Positions 1 through 12,002 of a DNA stretch of 43,245 bases are shown here, one piece after another. Under the pieces are notes generated by a model. The model worked only from the letters and a program-made list of their open reading frames with translations, was not told the DNA's origin and ran no database searches. The stretch comes from Octopus bimaculoides. Taxonomy: Eukaryota. Positions within the stretch are counted from its first letter, which is position 1, and each line of letters begins with the position of its first letter. The stretch spans positions 4,665,509 to 4,708,753 of the forward strand of contig NC_069004.1 of NCBI RefSeq assembly GCF_001194135.2. The letters run 5' to 3'. Position numbers and translations under genes: made by a program.

Positions 1-1128
1 AAAAAAAAAACGAGAGAAAGAGACAATAATTTCCTTCTCAATAGTGTTGTATCGTGCTGCGTGATTTCAGTGGAACAGAAGCTAACCTCTCTCCGTAAAT
101 AATCTCTGACGTAGGATTTCAAACCACCGTTGTGTCAAGGCCGTTTGTTTTATTTAAGCTGTCTGCTCCACTAATAACCGCAGCTTGAATTATACATGTT
201 GCAACGTACAAGAAACTAATCATCTCCCGTAGACGGAATATTACGGGAGTAGTTAAAACGTTGTATAAAACCTCTTGTGTTCTTCGTTTCGTTTATCTGT
301 GATCGGATTTGAAATTCCAGCTAAGAGATCCAAACATTTTCTCATAATTCTGAATTTCCATTGATGTAATATGAGCTCTTTTCTTTGTTTATTATTTTTG
401 TTCTCCCAGTCTAAAATTTCGAATCTACCTAGGGGGTACCCCCTGTTAACGAGATATTTCCATTTACCCCTCATCCCCTCTCTCTCTTTCTCTCTCTTTC
501 TCTCTCTCTCTCTCTGTCTTTCGCTCTCTCTCACTATTTCTCTCATACGCGCTCACTATCTGCATTTATATGTACACATTCATACATGCATATATACATA
601 TGTATATATATATATATATATATATANNNNNNNNNNNNNNNNNNNNNNNNNNNNNNNNNNNNNNNNNNNNNNNNNNNNNNNNNNNNNNNNNNNNNNNNNN
701 NNNNNNNNNNNNNNNNNNNNNNNNNNNNNNNNNNNNNNNNNNNNNNNNNNNNNNNNNNNNNNNNNNNNNNNNNNNNNNNNNNNNNNNNNNNNNNNNNNNN
801 NNNNNNNNNNNNNNNNNNNNNNNNNNNNNNNNNNNNNNNNNNNNNNNNNNNNNNNNNNNNNNNNNNNNNNNNNNNNNNNNNNNNNNNNNNNNNNNNNNNN
901 NNNNNNNNNNNNNNNNNNNNNNNNNNNNNNNNNNNNNNNNNNNNNNNNNNNNNNNNNNNNNNNNNNNNNNNNNNNNNNNNNNNNNNNNNNNNNNNNNNNN
1001 NNNNNNNNNNNNNNNNNNNNNNNNNNNNNNNNNNNNNNNNNNNNNNNNNNNNNNNNNNNNNNNNNNNNNNNNNNNNNNNNNATTCACACACACATATATA
1101 CACACATGCACAAACACACGCACGTGCA

Positions 1129-1170
<42 letters not shown>

Positions 1171-1207
1171 AATGTTGACGATGGAAAAGAATTTCGTATG
1201 GAATTAC

Positions 1208-1233
1208 TTCGTGTGAGAAACTATTCTTAGATA
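1208..1233 (-). CDS. Candidate micro-exon (26 nt, 0->2), YLRIVSHT
   Basis: Acceptor ttgtatatctttctctag, donor GAA|GTAATT; phase-compatible with the 1358-1461 exon. Confidence 0.3.
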
Positions 1234-1357
1234 CTAGAGAAAGATATACAACTAAAAATGAAAGCAAATGATTATCACTTAGCCTTGAGAAATGATATTT
1301 GAAAATTCCTCATGCATAAATCTATTTAGATGATATCAAAATAACGCAGGATCTTAC

Positions 1358-1461
1358 ACATCCAAGTTCATATAAAGAACCGTTAATTATTTCCAGTCTG
1401 AAATATGTCTACGTTACACGTTTGCGCAAGTACGTGATATCTTCATAGGCGATGGTATTAA
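1358..1461 (-). CDS. Candidate exon (104 nt, 1->0), NTIAYEDITYLRKRVT*TYFRLEIINGSLYELGC, with in-frame TAG at 1409-1411
   Basis: Very strong acceptor cctttttgttgtcttattcttttctattcag and donor TGT|GTAAGA; frame open except one TAG. Confidence 0.45.
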
Positions 1462-1750
1462 CTGAATAGAAAAGAATAAGACAACAAAAAGGTACAAGTT
1501 GTTATAATTTCAAGGAAACATGACCTCATAATATTTAATTTGTGAACTTAAAAGTTCACGATCAATTTCGCGTCATTAAAATCTATCTTAGCAACAGTTT
1601 TCAAAATGGGATTGTCATAAAATAATAATGATGAATATATCTCTTGAATTGAAGAAAGTAAATACGCCTCTAACAAACGAAATCTTATCTCTCCGAAAGT
1701 ATCCTTCGCTGTGTATCAGTGTGTATCTACGTATTTGTGTGTGTGTGTGT

Positions 1751-2470
1751 ATTTTATTTTATTTTTTACTCGTTTCAGCCATGTGATTGCGGTCATGCTG
1801 GAGTACCACCGTGGTCTTGCTGATTCCTTCACTCTGGTGTGCTTCATATCAGCACTCCTGTATGTGCTTTTGTCCCAGCTTTTGGCCCATATGGTGTATA
1901 ACGGAGTTTGATTCCGTTACCCTCGTCTGCACCTCATATCGGGCTGTTATTTCCTCCAGTATTGTGGAGAGGAGGATGTCTGGTTCTTTTTTGAAGACAT
2001 CTACTTCCACCTTATGCAGATTTCTTAATTTTTGTGGCAGGGCACTGAAGAGCCGTGGGCCTTTGAACCCTAGACTATTGCAGTACCTGGTCCTGAATTG
2101 AGATGGAGTGGGTGGTAGTTTTGGTACAATACAATGGTGGCCTGTTCTGGCATTTGTATAACATGCAATGCCGAAATTAAAGACATCACTAGTACTTTCT
2201 TTTGGGACGTGGTTTTGGGATCATTTCTAATGCGCGACACTGTACGTCATGGGTGTCTCCTACTATAGCTCCGGGCCGAATTGTGCCTTGTGAGTAAATT
2301 TGGAAGTGAAGTAGCGTTGGACTGTCTCAAGCTCCGATGTTAGTTTGGCACTATGCGGCAACCGTAACTGGAAGCAGTAATTCAGGCGCCTGAGAACAAA
2401 GGTTCTCCACAGGGTCAACATAGTTTCTTAGTGTCTTGACTTGAAGGACCTCAGTATCCAAGCTGTATCT
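1751..2470 (-). mobile_element. 5'-truncated, decayed CR1/L2/Jockey-group LINE: ORF2 C-terminus plus 3' tail
   Basis: Minus translation AWILRSFKSRH*ETMLTLWRTFVLRRLNYCFQLRLPHSAKLTSELETVQRYFT...NFGI...RYCNSLGFKGPRLFSALPQKLRNL...VFKKEPDILLS matches the post-RT region of these LINEs; stop at 1849-1851, then a tail ending in an A-rich repeat. Confidence 0.85.
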
Positions 2471-2573
2471 GGAACACTCTACATGAAATCTCATGGTCAT
2501 TTAGGCAATATATTTCTCAGATTTTTGTAACTTGAACTGCCTCACATTTCAAAGGCCATGTGCGTCTAAATAC

Positions 2574-2650
2574 TTCCAATGTTTCTAAAAGAATGTTCAT
2601 GCTGGTAAAAGCTTCCCTTAAAATTATTTTCAGCTGTCCTAATATCATCT
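2574..2650 (-). CDS. Candidate exon (77 nt, 2->1), DDIRTAENNFKGSFYQHEHSFRNIG
   Basis: Acceptor ctctgaatttattttccag, weaker donor GAA|GTATTT; frame is part of track ORF 2566-2748. Confidence 0.35.
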
Positions 2651-3221
2651 CTGGAAAATAAATTCAGAGATGTGTAAACTTTTGCATTGTAAGTATGGAT
2701 TTTGAAATAATCGAAGCATTTAATAAACAATTTATGTGCATATGACAATTACATGAACGGCAGGTAATTGACGTAGATGGTTGGATAAAATTTTACTATC
2801 GATTTTTTAATATCTTGGTGGTAAAATTATGTGCGCAACTAAAGCTAAATTTATCATTATTTCTATTAAATATTTTATAGTTATAATTCTTATGTGTTAG
2901 CTGTTTATCGACATATGCATATATATATTGAAACATCATGATGTATTAAACCAAATAGTTTTATCTTTTCTATTTTCGCCTGTCTGACAATTAATATTAA
3001 TTATATAATTAATCGATAGTTTATTGTGCAAATGTATTTATAGCTGATAATTCACTTTCCTGAGATTATATCGCGTTAACTGGAAATAATTTTAAATACA
3101 AATTAATCAAAAGAAATCTGGAAGACCATTTGCACACATTTATCAAAATACGTTTGGTGTCTGAAAAATAGAAACATTTCTGGCTATAAAATTATTTCCG
3201 GTACAGATTTTACCGTTTATA

Positions 3222-3400
3222 TTTTACTCGATTAAATCAGTGGATTGAGGCCAAGCTGGGGCATTGATTGAAGGCGTAAATCGAAGAAATGGGTCCCAGT
3301 ACTTGTTTTTAAGTCTGGTATTTTTCCACAATTCATTGGTCACTGTTCTCGAACAGCTAAGTTTAAGCTACACAGATGTAAACAAATCAAAACCAATTGC
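3222..3400 (-). mobile_element. SINE family A, diverged 3' half
   Basis: Similar to 8908-9067 (ggccaagctggggcatt, cccagtactt, aagtctggta, gaacagctaag, gatgtaaac); followed by (CA)/(TG) repeats. Confidence 0.55.
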
Positions 3401-4126
3401 TAATACAATGACACTCATTGTTACATGAATATTTGCGAGTTATGCCAGTGGGTAGCATGGTATCACACACATATACACTCACACATGCACACACACACAC
3501 ACACATATGCACATATAATATATGTGTATGTGTGTGTTTGTGTGTCTGTGTGCGTATTTATGTTCCTTATCTTTTTAATTGGGAGTGAATTTCGACCAGC
3601 CCCCAACTTCGTAGCAAGACTTTGAAGAAAAGTATCTTGGTTTAACCATCATCATTTAAATTTTGAGAAGGTCCTGCAGAGTTTCATAGCTGTTCCGAAT
3701 GTTAACAATGGTTAGAATATCATGTGTAGGCAATATGTAACAAAAAAAATGGGGAAATGGCAGAACTGTAAGTTTAAGACCAATTCACTGATTAAACCTC
3801 ATATTTTTCGTTTCCGATTATTTTGTTCTGAGTTCAAACCAAATTCTCTATGCTTTTGAGTTTCCGTTCCATCTCTGTAGAGCACTGGAAATTGGCAAGG
3901 CGAACACAAGAAATAAAATGATAATAATTATCATATCATAAATAAATACAATAAAATAGCATCATCATTTTAATCAAGTATCAACAAATTCTCATCATTG
4001 TTCTTCTTAGAAATTTGTGTCATTGCAATAAACATATTATTGTCATTGTTGCCTGATACAGAAAACATTATTATAAATCATTATCATTCATTATCTTCAT
4101 TATTATTATCATTTGCTAATAAAGGA

Positions 4127-4184
<58 letters not shown>

Positions 4185-4242
4185 TTAGAAATATCTTAAG
4201 ACCTTGTGTTTATAGTACACAGGATCATCATCATCATCATCA

Positions 4243-4315
<73 letters not shown>

Positions 4316-4440
4316 CATCATCCTCATCGTCATCGTTATTATTGTTATTGTTAATATTATCATTATCATTATTATTATTAATATATATATTATCATTATT
4401 ATTGTCAATATTGTTATCATTGTCATGATTTTTATTACAA
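4127..4440. repeat. Compound microsatellites (ACT)n, (CAT)n, (TAT)n
   Basis: Directly visible. Confidence 0.95.
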
Positions 4441-4507
4441 TTTATGACTATTGTGGTTTTTTTTAAACATTTGTTTATATGTATTCCATCATCCTGCACC
4501 AAATTAC

Positions 4508-4529
4508 ATTCTGACGACAATGTGAAGAA
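4508..4529 (-). CDS. Candidate micro-exon (22 nt, 1->2), LHIVVR
   Basis: Acceptor cctttctatatttgtttag, donor AAT|GTAATT. Confidence 0.35.
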
Positions 4530-5120
4530 CTAAACAAATATAGAAAGGTATATACATAAAAAAGCAAAACGGCTTTGAGTTGACTGAATGTAAGAGACAA
4601 TGAGTTAACTTGAAAGACCACGTAAAGAACTAATAATGAAATTGTATTAAAGAAAAATGGAACAATGGCGCAAGTTCTTTTTCTGAAACAAAAATAACTG
4701 AAATGTTGACTAGAGCAATAATCTTTCAGAAAATATGCTTTTCAAATATTACGAGTTTTCTTTAGATTGCTGTCATGGAATTATAATAGCCATTTCTCAC
4801 AATATGCAGGATGGCGACATATTACAATGATACAAAAGGATAAAATATGACATTGCTAATTGGAAACTTTAGTTTAACGTCCGCATTTTTATTCGAAAAA
4901 TGTGAACTACAATTTTTTCAGCATAATGGGATGGTGATGGAGTCAGCATTGTTTATTGAACGATAGCTGTTAAGGAACTAAGATGTCTCGTCATATGTCT
5001 TGTTCTATTGTTTAGCAATCTTCTCTAGGTCGAGCACTATGAAACACTGACCATTTTTACTGATAATTCTTAAGAGTTTTATTGTATTATGCCGCAGAAT
5101 TAAGGTGACGTAGGGCATCG

Positions 5121-5290
5121 TGTTCTGTGTTCAAATTCTGCCGAGATCAACTTTACCTATCATTTTTTCGGTATCGCGAAAATAACGTACTTGCCAAGCA
5201 CTGGAGTTGAAATGACTTTCTCTTCAAGATTGCTGGCTTTGCGCAAAATTTAACGAGAATCATCATATCATTGAAACCAAATAAGACAGG
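5121..5290 (+). mobile_element. SINE family B (Deu/Nin-like central domain), diverged
   Basis: gttcaaattctgccgagatcaactttacctatcattttttcggtatcg...ttgctggctttgcgcaaaattt matches the copies at 25817-26205 and 38560-38705. Confidence 0.65.
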
Positions 5291-5466
5291 ACAGATGTCA
5301 GCGCGTCCGACAGGGATATTACTTTCACTGGGGTTAAAAAATCTCATACAGATTTTAAGTGTATAAAATTCTAAAATATTCGAAGAGTACAAAAAACTAG
5401 TCTGAGGGTACTGAATTGACGGCCAATACTTTTCAATAGTAATTTATGATACTGACACTTCTGATA

Positions 5467-6050
5467 CTGACGCAGCGCTACGTTGACTAGATCTTAAGGC
5501 CTCACATCGGGCCCTTCTTCACGCGTCACCATAGCTACGTGTTCCAGCAGAACAATGTTGCCTCCTACACGGCCAGGGTCAACATGGACTTCCTGTGTCA
5601 GCACAACATCAGAACCATGCCGTGGTGGCCGGCTCTTACCCCGGATTTGAACCCAATTAAACATCTGTGGCATGAAATCCACAAACGGCTGAACCAGGAG
5701 GTCCCAAGGCCGACATCTCGTGTGGATCTGGAGGCAGTTTTCCTGAGGGTGTGGGCACAGGTGGCAATGACTTTTTTGAACCGTCTCATGCACTCCCTGT
5801 ACCGACAGTGGATGGCCGTTTTCAACACTCAGCGAAGGCTTACACGCTAATGAACTTGTAACGCCCTGCAATCTCGATGTTCTGGATTCGCCTATTACCA
5901 GAACACGTGCCAAGGACCCATAGAATGTGGTCAAAGTGCATCCAAGAAATTAACTTTATCAGATTTATCAAAATATATCTCTGACCATAATGAAATGAAA
6001 ACATATTTCACAGTCACACACGTCTCACGTGTCTTTTGCGGTTCAACGTA
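5467..6050 (+). mobile_element. Tc1-family transposon relic: C-terminal DDE region of transposase, probable 3' end
   Basis: LTQRYVD*ILRPHIGPFF...FQQNNVASYTAR...WWPALTPDLNPIKHLW matches Tc1 FQQDNA..HTAR...WPA.SPDLNPIEHLW; catalytic D->N and E->K; stop at 5488-5490; ends ...cttttgcggttcaacgTA. Confidence 0.9.
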
Positions 6051-6489
6051 TTTCGTAATAGAATACATACATACATACATATACACATACGCGCGCACAT
6101 AGTTAAGCAAGGCAGATGGACAGAAGAAATTGGGCAGTACAAGTAAAAAAAAACGAAGCTTGGTGAGTGACATATGTCGAGAAATGTGCTGGACTTCTGC
6201 AAAAGTAATATCAATGTTGTATATGGTTTTGTTGGGATTAATAGAAACGAACCGATAGCAGTACTTGCAAAGATATTTGTGTCAAGCTAACCTTGGTATT
6301 CAAACGAGGCGATATACAGTTTCAGTCAACACAACCACATAATGTATGAATTATGGTTTGAGACCGAGGCAATGAAAATGACATTTATCCAAGATCCTCA
6401 CTGTGGTCTCGAATTAAGGGCTAATATGAATATGTATATGTGCAACACACACGCACATATGTGTATATTATTTATGTCAGTATGCAAGA

Positions 6490-6760
6490 CCTAGTGGTCT
6501 GTGTGCTTCACTCACGATCGTGAGATCATGGTTTCATTTCCTGGACCGGGTGCTACGTTGCGTTCGTCAGTAAAACACTTGTTTTCACGTTTTTCTGCCA
6601 TCACTTCGACACCATGCGCCCGTCTAAGAAACGTCGATTTCATGGAGAGATTGGTCTTAAATACAGTACATACATTTCATCCATATAAACAAATCACTTG
6701 TGCTAGTCATTCGATAAACGCTGAACACTCATACATCGTCTTCAACGAAAGTCCATAATG
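6490..6760 (+). mobile_element. SINE family C (tRNA-like head)
   Basis: A-box-like ctagtggt, ctcacgatcgt, B-box-like ggtttcatttcc, then ...aaacacttgttttcacg; head shared with 10357-10492. Confidence 0.6.
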
Positions 6761-6939
6761 TTCTTTAGTTTCATTATTCTCCCGCTAATCTGAGTTTTAA
6801 TAGATACACAGTTGTGTAACTACAGGGGCAACTTAGAGTATTAAGTCACTGACAGGACCAAACTAAAATAGTAATAAAATGGTAATGACTATTGTAATAA
6901 GTGTCACTTTCTCCGGCAGTTAATACTAAGCATGCATAC

Positions 6940-7135
6940 ATCGACCGCTAGCCACTAAAGCTTTTTTTTTTAATTCTCTCTCTGCTTATTCTCCCGTGCT
7001 CCTTCTGTTGAGGAGCGTAGTCTCGAAACGCAAAAGACTTTCCCACCTTCCCGAGCGTTAAACTAATACACCCGTTTGTTGTTTATACACCTGTCTTTGT
7101 CTTTATTTTGTAAATTCTAACTCTCTGTCTCTAAC
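6940..7135 (+). mobile_element. Repeat resembling a Penelope-like element terminus
   Basis: ctgttgaggagcgtagtctcgaaacgcaaaagac...acacctgtctttgtctt... recalled as an abundant octopus repeat; the CTGNNGA..stem..GAAAC layout resembles PLE ends. Confidence 0.4.
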
Positions 7136-7975
7136 TATATGTATATACATACACACACACACATATGTTATTAATCAATGATTGCAGCTCCCCATCGGGT
7201 TTCCAGATGTGATACTGTATGATTACGTGTGTTAAATTTCTGACTGGACATGTCTACTTGTCCGCCATTATGTTGAAAAACAGTACTTTAAGTTAGCAAA
7301 TAGTGGGATGGAAACACAAATCACGTTACTGAGAAAAGAATTTCTTAATCTCACAAAGATTCCCCCCCTCCCCAATGTACAGAACAAATTCAAAATATGA
7401 AACAAAAATCGCAGGAATTTGCTGAATTTAGCAATATAATAAGAAAATGAAGCCAACAATGTTTTCTGCTTTTTCCAATTATTTTTGGTATATAAAAAAC
7501 ATTTTTGCTTAGATTCAACATGAAAGAAGTGCAATGCATTCCTTTCTTATCAAGATTATATTCTTTTGCAATGTTTCTAATTTTTAACATATATCTAGTC
7601 ATCTCAATACTGCGAACGCTTTAAAATAGAAATCAACCTCCAAGACAAACCTATATAGACACAGACACAACCGAACGCACGTACACAAACTCACAGAAAT
7701 ACACACATACATTCACGTATAGATATATACGTTTGTGTGCATATATATGGGTTCATATGTAAATGCATACATTTACAAACATAGTTGCATATCCATGTAT
7801 CCATGCATATTATTTATATTTGGCTATTGTGTATGTGTGTGTGCGTATGTTTCTGTGGGAACATTTGTGCGTTTTGTTTAAAATTTGGCTGGGTTCTCGG
7901 ATGGCAGAGAAGGAGGAGGAGCAGCAAAGGATGATAGCCATGGCGATGACCGTATGTACGATAAAATATACCTAC

Positions 7976-8008
7976 TATCAGATGGGTAAGGACTAAAATG
8001 TCTCCATT
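7976..8008 (-). CDS. Candidate micro-exon (33 nt, 1->1), WRHFSPYPSD
   Basis: Donor ATA|GTAGGT; acceptor ctcgtctgcag has a weak pyrimidine tract; alternative acceptor at 7992. Confidence 0.25.
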
Positions 8009-8814
8009 CTGCAGACGAGTTATATGTCCGGGCGCAGAGAATGTAATAAAGTGATTCTTTACTCGGCTAAACATAATCTGCATTTTCTGCTACTAAAATC
8101 ATTACAGATCAAGGGAAACAACTTCGGGCTAACGGTCATAAGTCTTGGTATCACGCTTCCTCCAATCCCTTCACATAGCTTTATTACGTTACTTTTCGCA
8201 GCACATGAAGACCAAGAACGGAAAGCAGTTGCAATATTTTTTTGTTATACCTGTCAGCAGCGTTTAACAAAATACTCTAACGAAATGAATTTTACGAAAT
8301 TCCACAAAAACCAAAAGGAGTATATGTATATACGAAGATATACGTGCATTTATATATTGATGTATTTATACACATATATATGTTACAGTATATAAAATTT
8401 TGTACATATCCTTACATACGTGCATACATAGAAATACACAAGTATTTTTGTATATAATGTACAAGTATATAACATACACAAATACACACACACACATATA
8501 TACAAATAACACATATATACACACACAAATATATATATACGTGCACATCAGAGTATTTAGTATACAATGAATACTTGAATATTTTGCTAATAACGATAGC
8601 TTTACCGAAAAGAAAATTTTAAAAAACAAACAAATTATATCATATCTAAGCATCTTATTTATTTCTTATTTATTAGATCTTGCAATATTTCAATTGCATA
8701 AAGATTTCAATCGGTTAGATGTCGTCAGTGCAATTGGGAATTTGAATTTAAAAGAGAAAATTATATTTGTGAAGATATGGAGATAAGAGAAACAGAGAGC
8801 AACATCTCGTTGAG

Positions 8815-8859
8815 ACGATATTTGAACTTACGATATTTGTAGTTACGATATCTGTAGTC
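8815..8859. repeat. Three-copy 15-bp minisatellite (acgatatttg[t/a]a[g/c]tt)
   Basis: Directly visible. Confidence 0.8.
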
Positions 8860-8907
8860 TGCCATGCTATGCAGATTATATATATATATATATATATATA
8901 TGTTTTT

Positions 8908-9067
8908 TTATTGTTTTATTTGTTTCAGTCATTTGACTGCAGCCATGCTGGAGCACCGCCTTTTGTCGAACAAATCAACTCCAGCACTTATTCTTTGTTA
9001 GCCTAGTACTTATTCTATCGGTCTCTTTTGCCGAACCGCTAATGTTACGGGGACGTAAACACGCCAG
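8908..9067 (-). mobile_element. SINE family A, 3' half (cut by N-gap)
   Basis: tgtttcagtcatttgactgcagccatgctggagcaccgcc...gccgaaccgctaatgttacggggacgtaaac; near-identical tail at 24648. Confidence 0.85.
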
Positions 9068-9425
9068 NNNNNNNNNNNNNNNNNNNNNNNNNNNNNNNNN
9101 NNNNNNNNNNNNNNNNNNNNNNNNNNNNNNNNNNNNNNNNNNNNNNNNNNNNNNNNNNNNNNNNNNNNNNNNNNNNNNNNNNNNNNNNNNNNNNNNNNNN
9201 NNNNNNNNNNNNNNNNNNNNNNNNNNNNNNNNNNNNNNNNNNNNNNNNNNNNNNNNNNNNNNNNNNNNNNNNNNNNNNNNNNNNNNNNNNNNNNNNNNNN
9301 NNNNNNNNNNNNNNNNNNNNNNNNNNNNNNNNNNNNNNNNNNNNNNNNNNNNNNNTATATATATATATATACATATATACACACACACACACACATACAT
9401 TTGCCTATGCATCTCTATATGTGAG

Positions 9426-9458
<33 letters not shown>

Positions 9459-10356
9459 ATATCTAAGTAAGTGTGTGTGTGTGTTTTTGTGTCCCTGTGT
9501 GTTTCTCCGAGTGTATATGTAGTGTAATGGATATCCCAATTTGACTTCAGGTTTTTCGAAAAGTTCTGGAATTCTAGCTGTTTATTGGCACCCTATAATT
9601 AGGATAGTAATCATTGATCCTTTATTGGATTTAACTCAGCGAAGAAGATTGCTTCCATCCATTGTTATACAATAAGCTGCTTGTATTTATTCCATGCGAT
9701 AATATTCAAATCTCGTACGCGTTTCAGTTTATTGTAGTTGGATGTCAGATCAATTTCGAATTTCACCTTGAAAGAGAATTTTCATTTGGATGTGTAGATA
9801 TAGAGATCAGATAAGTTGAGAGTTGTTTTCAGAAGAATAACGATCCCAAAGAATTATTAACAAAGGGATTTTCAGTTTCAATGTGTATCCGGAAGACATT
9901 GCAACCTTCTTAGAGATAAAGCAACTATCTTTCTTTTACAGAAAGAGTGCCAATTTTCTCCATGGATCTAAACCCTAAAAGGGTTAAAAGACAACTACGT
10001 AAATGATAAGACTCAATCTCACTAACGAACCGCTATCTCTTTGGCGCAAACACCTACATAACCACCAAGATAAGTGTATTCTTAACAATTCTATTCATTT
10101 TCACTCTACATTAATCTAGTTTCTATTTCTATTGCTGTAATTACAAAAAAGAAAATATTTTGTAATGAACTGAACGCTACTGTAAATTCATTTGATCTCT
10201 ATTAGCTGATCCCTAATACCGATGTCATTTACGCTTAAATTAAAGACTGCGCTCAAAGAGGTTTGGAGTATATACCTAACTAGCTTGCGTAGGCGATTTA
10301 TAGAAGAAGAGGTCTCGCCTACCCCTGAGCTAAATCATAATAGAAAACGTTTAACG

Positions 10357-10491
10357 AAAGACTAAGCGAAGAGTATTCCGCTCACGATTCTAAGGTTGTG
10401 ATTTCAACTCTCGCCGGCGCGTCATAGTCTTGAACAAAGCACTCCTTGAAATCTCTGTTGAGGGTACAAGTGTCTGTGGAGTGCTCAGCCA

Positions 10492-10492
<1 letters not shown>
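10357..10492 (+). mobile_element. SINE family C, internally deleted copy
   Basis: gtattccgctcacgattctaaggttgtgatttcaactctcgccggcgcgtcatagtcttgaacaaagcac tRNA-like head; runs into (CT)n. Confidence 0.55.
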
Positions 10493-10527
<35 letters not shown>

Positions 10528-10931
10528 TTCTCTCTCTCTCACNNNNNNNNNNNNNNNNNNNNNNNNNNNNNNNNNNNNNNNNNNNNNNNNNNNNNNNNNN
10601 NNNNNNNNNNNNNNNNNNNNNNNNNNNNNNNNNNNNNNNNNNNNNNNNNNNNNNNNNNNNNNNNNNNNNNNNNNNNNNNNNNNNNNNNNNNNNNNNNNNN
10701 NNNNNNNNNNNNNNNNNNNNNNNNNNNNNNNNNNNNNNNNNNNGAGACCCACTCATAATTACTTCGTGGGCCGAGGACCATGCTAGAGGAAACTTGGTTA
10801 AAATGATAGACATTCATATACGTATAGGCATACATACATACATACATACATACATACATACATACATTCAATCATACATATAAACATGCATACGTACATG
10901 TATTTGTATGAGAACATACACAGAAAGTTAC

Positions 10932-10955
10932 TTAGTTCGGTTTCATTGAATAAAA
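10932..10955 (-). CDS. Candidate micro-exon (24 nt, 1->1), LFNETEL
   Basis: Acceptor tattgtgtttaccag, donor TAA|GTAACT; only one frame open; N-E-T sequon. Confidence 0.4.
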   Translation of the reverse strand, partial: FYSMKPN

Positions 10956-11060
10956 CTGGTAAACACAATAGCAACTATTTGTTGGAGCAAACAGTCGCTG
11001 TACATAAATAACGGATTAAATCAAATCAATAACGATTATGTAAGTCATTTTGCATAAATA

Positions 11061-11120
<60 letters not shown>

Positions 11121-11130
11121 NNNNNNNNNN

Positions 11131-11164
<34 letters not shown>

Positions 11165-11988
11165 AATATATATTTGTATATATATGTGTATATATTAATA
11201 TTAATATTTATACATGTTTATGTGCGTATATATATATATATATATATGCATATGCATAGTATATATGTGTTTGTTTATGGAAATATATACATATATATAT
11301 GTGTCTGTGTGTGTATATATGCATATATATATATATATATGTGGGGGGTGTATACATATATATATATTTATATAAAGTTAAGTAAGTTATATATTATATA
11401 TATATACATATATATTATATATAAAGTTAACAAAGCTATATATATGTGTGTGTGTGTGTGTGTGTCTGTGTCTGTGTATGTGTATGTGTGTGTATGTGTG
11501 TGTGTGTATATATATATATTCACACATATAAACGAAATATAGGACCAAAACAAACAAATCAGGCTTATATCTGCTAGGAAATTACAAATATGAGGAAAAG
11601 AAAATGGAAAACAACAACGAAAACATGTTTAAAAGCACTGCATTAGGCTATATCATACTATATTTAAACAATGAATATTCGTCGTTTGATTACAGAAATA
11701 AAACAAAACTCAAGTAACTTTGAAATAAAAGAAAATATGATCTTCCTGTTAGAGTACAAGTTACACCTATCATCACCACCATATCGAAATAAGAAACAAA
11801 TATTCAATTCACATTTTTATGAGTCAATATGCAAAACCATGTTTAACATGTTAACGTACATCATAGCATATTTAAACAATGAGCAAATATTCACGGTTTG
11901 GTTTTCGGGAAAAAAGCTATCTCTAACATGACTGCCGTGTTAATATAAAATAATGTATCACACCAAATTTTAGAGTTCACAAATTTAC

Positions 11989-12002
11989 TCTTTAGATAAT
12001 GA
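11989..12002 (-). CDS. Candidate micro-exon (14 nt, 2->1), HYLK
   Basis: Acceptor ggtttgttcttttgtag, donor AGA|GTAAAT. Confidence 0.4.

Noticed and set aside
60-200. Possible tRNA-derived SINE head on the minus strand (also 18720-18790)
   Set aside because: Only a B-box-like motif; no second copy in the window to anchor it.
253-349. Possible terminal exon IMRKCLDLLAG...FYTTF*
   Set aside because: Phase fits but the acceptor lacks a pyrimidine tract, and a gap at 627-1081 may hide the true next exon.
2634-2689. Plus-strand segment with good acceptor and GTAAGT donor
   Set aside because: Stops in all three frames; shows that strong site pairs also arise by chance here.
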